This document shows, piece after piece, positions 58,171 to 64,000 of a stretch of DNA of 64,000 bases. Source of the DNA: Eledone cirrhosa (taxonomy: Eukaryota); the NCBI GenBank assembly GCA_964016885.1, contig OZ024746.1:84320001-84384000 (forward strand). The letters are read 5' to 3'. The first letter of the stretch is position 1. Each line of letters begins with the position of its first letter. The position numbers and the translations under genes were made by a program. The notes under the pieces were generated by a model. It had not been told where the DNA came from. It did no database searches and saw only the letters and a program-made list of their open reading frames with translations.

Positions 58171-59567
58171 CATTATCAGCATTTTATATATACTATGTCA
58201 AGAAATAAGACAGAATGGTTAAAACTGAAACACCTTTCATCATAGGCCTTCTCGACCAGAGCTCATCTGGAACAAAACATCACAACAAATACAGCCAAAT
58301 GAAACCCAGTAGGAAGTATCTATGCGGTCACTTAACTTGGCTGGAACCTGTTCAATCATAAATCTGTTTCACCATGGCAGATATGGGGTTAAACAACAAC
58401 CGCAATGCCATGACTCAAGAACCTCAATATGGTTGCTTGACCTGCAAGAAGTAGTAGCCAAATCTCCCTCAAATCACATGCTACCATCCTAAAAAGGACA
58501 CATTGAATAAGGAAGATTTAGGTTCACTATGTCTGGCAATAAGATGGGATGGTCATAGTTGGATTATTTTCATCATAGATCTACTTGGTGAGAGCTGACT
58601 TAGGGCTAAACAGCAACAAAATGAGCGTAAAGTTTCTGGACAATAACTCCAAATAGAAACTGATATAGAGTGGCAGACTTACTTCAGCTCAGCATGTTTC
58701 AACAAGCTATCTTGAGCCATTACCATAATAAAAAACACCCAGTATATTCTGTAAAGTAATTGGTGATAGGAAGGATATCCAGCCATAGAATCTATAGCAA
58801 AATGGAATATACAAACAAGATATAAACTCAGTAAGCAACAGGGTAGGCTACCCTTTTAAGGAGGGCAATAACACTGAATAAGAAAGGGTACAATGTAGAG
58901 GGTGCTCTGAACAACCTCTCTCATGCTGATGACTTGATAAAATGTATACTTTGTAAAATCATTGCTGATAGGAAAGGACTCTAATCATAGAAACTGTGCC
59001 AAAATGGAACGTACTAACAAGATATGACCCCCACAAGCCACAGTAGAGGTGACCCATCTATGAACTTTGAATAAGAATTGATGCAAACCATGATAACCTA
59101 TCTAGCTCATGGAAAAAGGGACATAAAAATGGTGATGATGATAACAATGATGTAATCGTATAACAACTAAATTTGTTCTCTCCGTTTTCTTCTTTATATC
59201 ATCCAATTGAGTATTCTCAATGTTTTATTTGTGTACACAATTACCGTGAGGATATCAATTCCTGTGTGTACACATGCAAGTCTAATTCATTAAGATAATC
59301 AAACACTTTTTTAAAAATTGATTATCATTTTTTTTTTCCTCTCACAAATGATTAATATTGATTTCTAATAAGGCCAGAAATTTGATAGGGCAAGAGGTAT
59401 AATGTGATCATTTGACCTGCTAGAAACAGCAGCCAAATTTCTTCTACACTGGATGATGTAGTTGTGTATATGGTTAAGGACTTAAACACCTTTGATCAAA
59501 AGTTTGTTCCATCAGAGCTAAACTGGAGCTAAATAACAATATCAACAACTACAACTAGAATTTACAT

Positions 59568-60305
59568 TATCATCATCGTTTTTACGCCTGTTTTTCCATG
59601 CTTGCCTGGGTTGGACAGGTCCTTTTCAGCACAGCATCTCTCCACATGTCATGATCCTTCATCATCTCCACTGTGAGTTTCAGCAATCTGAGATCAGCTC
59701 TACACCACCTCTGTCCAGGTCTTCCTTGGCCTTCTTCTACTGCAGCTTCCTTCCACAGAGATTTCTTGGCACTTCTTCACCCAGCGATCACCATCCATTG
59801 ACATCACATGTCCATAGCAATGCAGTCTTCCCTCTTGCACACTACTTCTGATTCCTCTTATACTCAGTGTTTCTCTCATTTCATCCAAGCTGTCATTCTC
59901 TTACATTAACAATGCGCATCCATTGAAGCATGCTTGCTTCATTTCTTTCCAACCTGCACATATCTTCTGCAGTCACTACCCATGTTTCAGAGTCATGCAG
60001 CGTAGCAATTCACACACAAGCAACATACAGCCGCCTTTCATTCAGAGAGACTAACCTTTTGTTGCCAACAGAGGTAGTAGTTCCCAAAACTTTTTCCATC
60101 CTATCCTTAGTCTAGCTACTATGCTCTCAGAGCATCCTCCTCCACAGTTAATTAAATCACCTAGATAGCAGAAGCTATCAACCACTTCTATGGATTATTC
60201 CTGGAAAACATTCATATTGTCACTCCTACTATCAATTAACCCTGAACATCTACATACAAAGTCTTCCTTTCCTGTTAATCTACCTGTCACCCACTACGTC
60301 TCTTG
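59568..60305 (-). mobile_element. RTE LINE 3' fragment
   Basis: Minus strand shows FCYLGD-like and RRLHCYGHV..MDGDRWVKKC..RPRKTWTEVV motifs, ending in a (GAT)n tail. Confidence 0.85.
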
Positions 60306-60624
60306 TGTACCCAAGACTGATATTGTGTACATCTTATACAGTTTATGTCTACTCCAGAGGATGAAAACAAAATGAATCTTGGCTGAATTTGAACAGAAAA
60401 TATAAAGAGATATATCTAAATAAAGAGATATTCACTAGCTTAAAGTACTTTGTGATCAGTACTACACCTATTACACTGATCAATACTACACCTATTACAC
60501 TGCTCAGTACTACACCTATTACACTGAACGAGGGTGTGGCACTTCACATATTGGTATTAGTTTAACTGTTAAGAAAATACTTATACACTAATATCAAAGC
60601 ATGAGTTATTTGAGGTAGTCAGTC

Positions 60625-60852
60625 AATCATATTGATGGCCTCCCCACAGCCCCGGTGGACAGAATGGAGAAAGCGTTTCCCCGGAGAACGACAAGGGAGA
60701 TGCACTGGAAGAGCCATTCCAACTCGCAAGGCTCACACCTGCGCTGGCCAGCTCAGCACTTATGGTGGTAAGTAGAGTGGTAGCCCTAGGGCCGAGGACA
60801 CCAGAAGTCTCCACTGCCAAGGGTACGACCGCAAACCTGTCGGAGAGCGACC
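60625..60852 (-). mobile_element. CRE-like (RLE) non-LTR retrotransposon C-terminal fragment
   Basis: RFAVVPLAVETSGVLGPRA followed, after a frameshift, by LEWLFQCISLVVLRGNAFSIL. This matches the F.P.A.ET.G and QRGNA-type motifs of CRE elements. Confidence 0.7.
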
Positions 60853-61129
60853 AGTATTTGGAGAAAAGAAATATGAAACTTAAATTAGTTGTAGGCAATG
60901 CAACAAAAACTGTAATCTCTGCTTACGCCCAGGTCTGACTCTTGAGCAAAATGAACAGTCCTATGAGGACCTCTGTTGGACTACCTCAATGAATGACAAG
61001 AACTTCATTATCACGATAATGACTTTAATGGATATGTAGGCAACACTAAGATGACAACTCTGGAGTATATGGTGGCTTGAGGAATGAAGAGATACATACA
61101 TACATACATACATACATACATACATACAT

Positions 61130-61183
<54 letters not shown>

Positions 61184-62989
61184 CAGACTTAGTTCAGTTT
61201 CCATCTACTAAATTCATTTGCAAGGCATTGGCCAAACTAGGGTTATAGTAGGGGGAACTTAACCAAGGTGTTATGCAGTGGAATGGAACCCCAGACTATG
61301 TAATTGTGAAACAAACCACATAGCCATGCTTGCACATGTTTATATTTGAATTTATATTTAAACCTCATCATAATCTTAATGAGAACCTTTATTAAGTAAT
61401 GTTTCAAAAACCAACTTACTACTAACAAAATTACTTATTTCACTAAACACCTCCAAATTAAAGAATATATACAAAATTAATTGAAATACACTACCGTATT
61501 TCATCAGAAAATAGTCACAAAGGGCTTAAGAAGCCTTTTCAATATGGTTATGAACTATTTCTTTGCAGCACCCTGACAATTAGAATGTAACAGACTCAGG
61601 AAAGGGTGTATCCCTCAAGTATAATTCCACAGCAAGACTACATATTTTGGGGACATCTTAAGACATACATACACACAAATATATACATTTTTCTATAACA
61701 TTTTTTTATATGAAAAAGGCTTTGACATTTAATTAAATATAAACAACATATGTCTGTTTTAAAACAGGGATAGGAACCCTGACAAAGACTTTAAAAACCT
61801 ATATATAAAATAAAATAAAAATATTAAGAGTTAAAAACAAAATAGTAATTTAATACAAGTTGCATACATAAAATCTGAGATGCCTTATTTTTCTCAGCAG
61901 AGGTTCTTATGCACTTGAAATGTGTTCCTGGTGCTAAAACAAATTGTCTGCCCCTGTTCTAAAAAGTCAAATGAGTACCATGATACAAATGACCAAAAAC
62001 AAAAAACAATGGTTTTGTCTTAAATAACAATAGTCCCATTATAACAGCCAGACAGCCTCGTTTTGAAAGTATACAAAATGAGAATATCATCATCATCATC
62101 ATTTAATGCCTGTGCTCTCCGCTAGCAAGGGTCGGATGGATCGTTACAGACCAAATTGGTACACAAGCAGGCATCTGCATCTCGCATACATACATGCCTG
62201 CACCCTACCAAGTGCTCAAATGGGCAGGGGGCCTGCATCTTGCTTACATATATTTCTGCACTCTACTGAGAGCATCTGATCATGTCACCAGCACTACTGA
62301 GGTTAACATGTCTTAGACACAGCTAAACTAAAAAGTCCTCACAACACTTTGTTTGGTAGGTTTTTTTATGGCTGGATACCCTTCCTATCATCAACCTATT
62401 TACAGAGCATACTAGGTGCATTTATATCTGAAGAAAATCTGAAATTCCACAATCAGTTCATTATTTGTGCCATACTGCTGAGAGCTTGAAAGTCTACCAA
62501 CTGAGTTATATTCTAAGCTAAATTTGTTTTAAATATAATATATGGGTGCAGGCATGATTGTGGGGTTTAAGATATTTGTTCAGGAAGCATGTGCTCACAT
62601 GTCTGATCTCATTGTGACACCTTAAGCAAGTATCATCTACCATAACCTTGAGTTGACTAATGTCTTGCAAATGAAATTTGATAGATGGAAATTTAGTAAA
62701 ATCCTGTAATATATATGCATGCGTGTGTACTTGTGAGTGGGGGGAGGGGAAACATATCAGTGAAAATCAGTATATCAAACAAAAATATTTGATTGAGCTT
62801 ATATGCCTTTATACCAACGGCTGAGGTATTTTATCAATCTTTATCAAATACTCTGTTGATATAATTAACTAACGTCATTGAAAGTGGTGTCTACCATTTT
62901 ACAGTCTCTACAATTGAAGTTGGTGTTGAAAACATATCAAACCCTTAGTAAATCTTGTTTTAAGACTTCTTACTTGTGTTTGTGTCAAT

Positions 62990-63380
62990 TCACTCAAGAT
63001 CAGTTGAGCTGTCTGCAGCCAGTGAATCCACAGCAGGGTGAACAGAGGCTGCCCATACATGATGATGCCAGATGTTTGGTGGTCCAGTTATTGTCAGCCA
63101 GTCATGATTTCAGCAGTGGGCACTATATATGCAAGGACCAGATATTAGCTTAAGATCCAACCTAATCATACCAATCAGGGCTCTGATGTAACTTCATCAC
63201 AAATGAGTTCAATTTGTGACCAGTGGAGTGTGTGACCAAACCAACAGAGGTGTCTTTTGAGAAGTAATTGCTACAAAGAATCAACCCAGCAGCAACAATG
63301 AATTTTGAAGTTGGACACAAAATCCAATGCACAAACATATAGGATTTGGCAAAGGCAAAAGTGGTCAAATACTTCCAGGT
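62990..63380 (+). mobile_element. Possible highly decayed Mutator (MULE) transposase remnant
   Basis: QLLSASHDFSSGH (cf. L.LL..S..W..DGTF) and MNFEVG (cf. xDFE.A) occur in plausible order. Many stops and frameshifts; weak. Confidence 0.3.
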
Positions 63381-64000
63381 TGCAGATGATAAACTACAAC
63401 AGATTGATTTTACATTACCTACCCTCCTCTAAACCTAAGCAAACCATAGTCATTGCTGTAGTTGTTTAACTCCAGGTTAATCCTGGCACAATAAACAAAT
63501 CTAAGAATAAAGAAAGGTATCTACAGTCATGACCATCCCATATATTATTCAAGCATAGTATATCTAGGACTCATCATCAGCGTTTAACATCCACTTTCCC
63601 ATACTAGCATGGGTTAGACTAGATTATCTAATGTGTTCTTTATTTTAGGATAGTAGCAAGCAGTTTGATGGCAATATTGCTGCTATAGCTAGCATATCAA
63701 GCACATAAGAAAGAGACTCTTCCTTATGTTATGTAATATGAAATGGTTAAAAATCTTTACAATTTATATTATATTACATTTATTCTGGAATTGTCTCAGT
63801 CAGCAAGGAAGTACCAAGTGTTAGACTAAGCTGTGTTTGACAGCCTTCTACTGGCAGTTAAGTGGCTGCTTCCTTACCAGTGAATGTTGTGCAATACAAC
63901 TGGAGGTAAACAATTGCGGTTTGTCAACATAGACATTTGAATCAGCTAAATTTGACATTGAAAAATTGCCAGGTCACCTTAGTGTAGTGGTCGACAGTTG

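Overview
AT-rich, microsatellite-saturated animal genomic DNA. The SINE/LINE repertoire and the (TA)n/(CA)n/(TACA)n density suggest a cephalopod such as Octopus; this is an inference, not a database match. Almost all ORFs in the supplied track are microsatellite artefacts. Two real genes are visible. One is a + strand Ly6/three-finger (quiver/sleepless-like) GPI-anchored protein with two coding exons (18194-18325, 19559-19782). The other is the large terminal coding exon of a fem-1 homolog on the - strand (48871-50195), whose upstream exon is probably beyond the window. The rest is decayed LINEs (R4/Dong-like, Tx1/L1-like, RTE, CRE-like), several SINE families, MITE/mariner remnants and simple repeats. 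The most striking unexplained structure is a recurring set of short non-coding elements inserted in (TA)n tracts. They are built as fold-back palindromes with 3' ends pointing outward and one arm carrying an extra tail. Several carry type-I hammerhead ribozyme cores (CUGANGA...GAAA...UH) with short, near-palindromic stem III. This resembles Penelope-like retroelement pseudo-LTRs, here seen as several unrelated non-autonomous families. All alignments and folds were done by eye, so boundaries are approximate.
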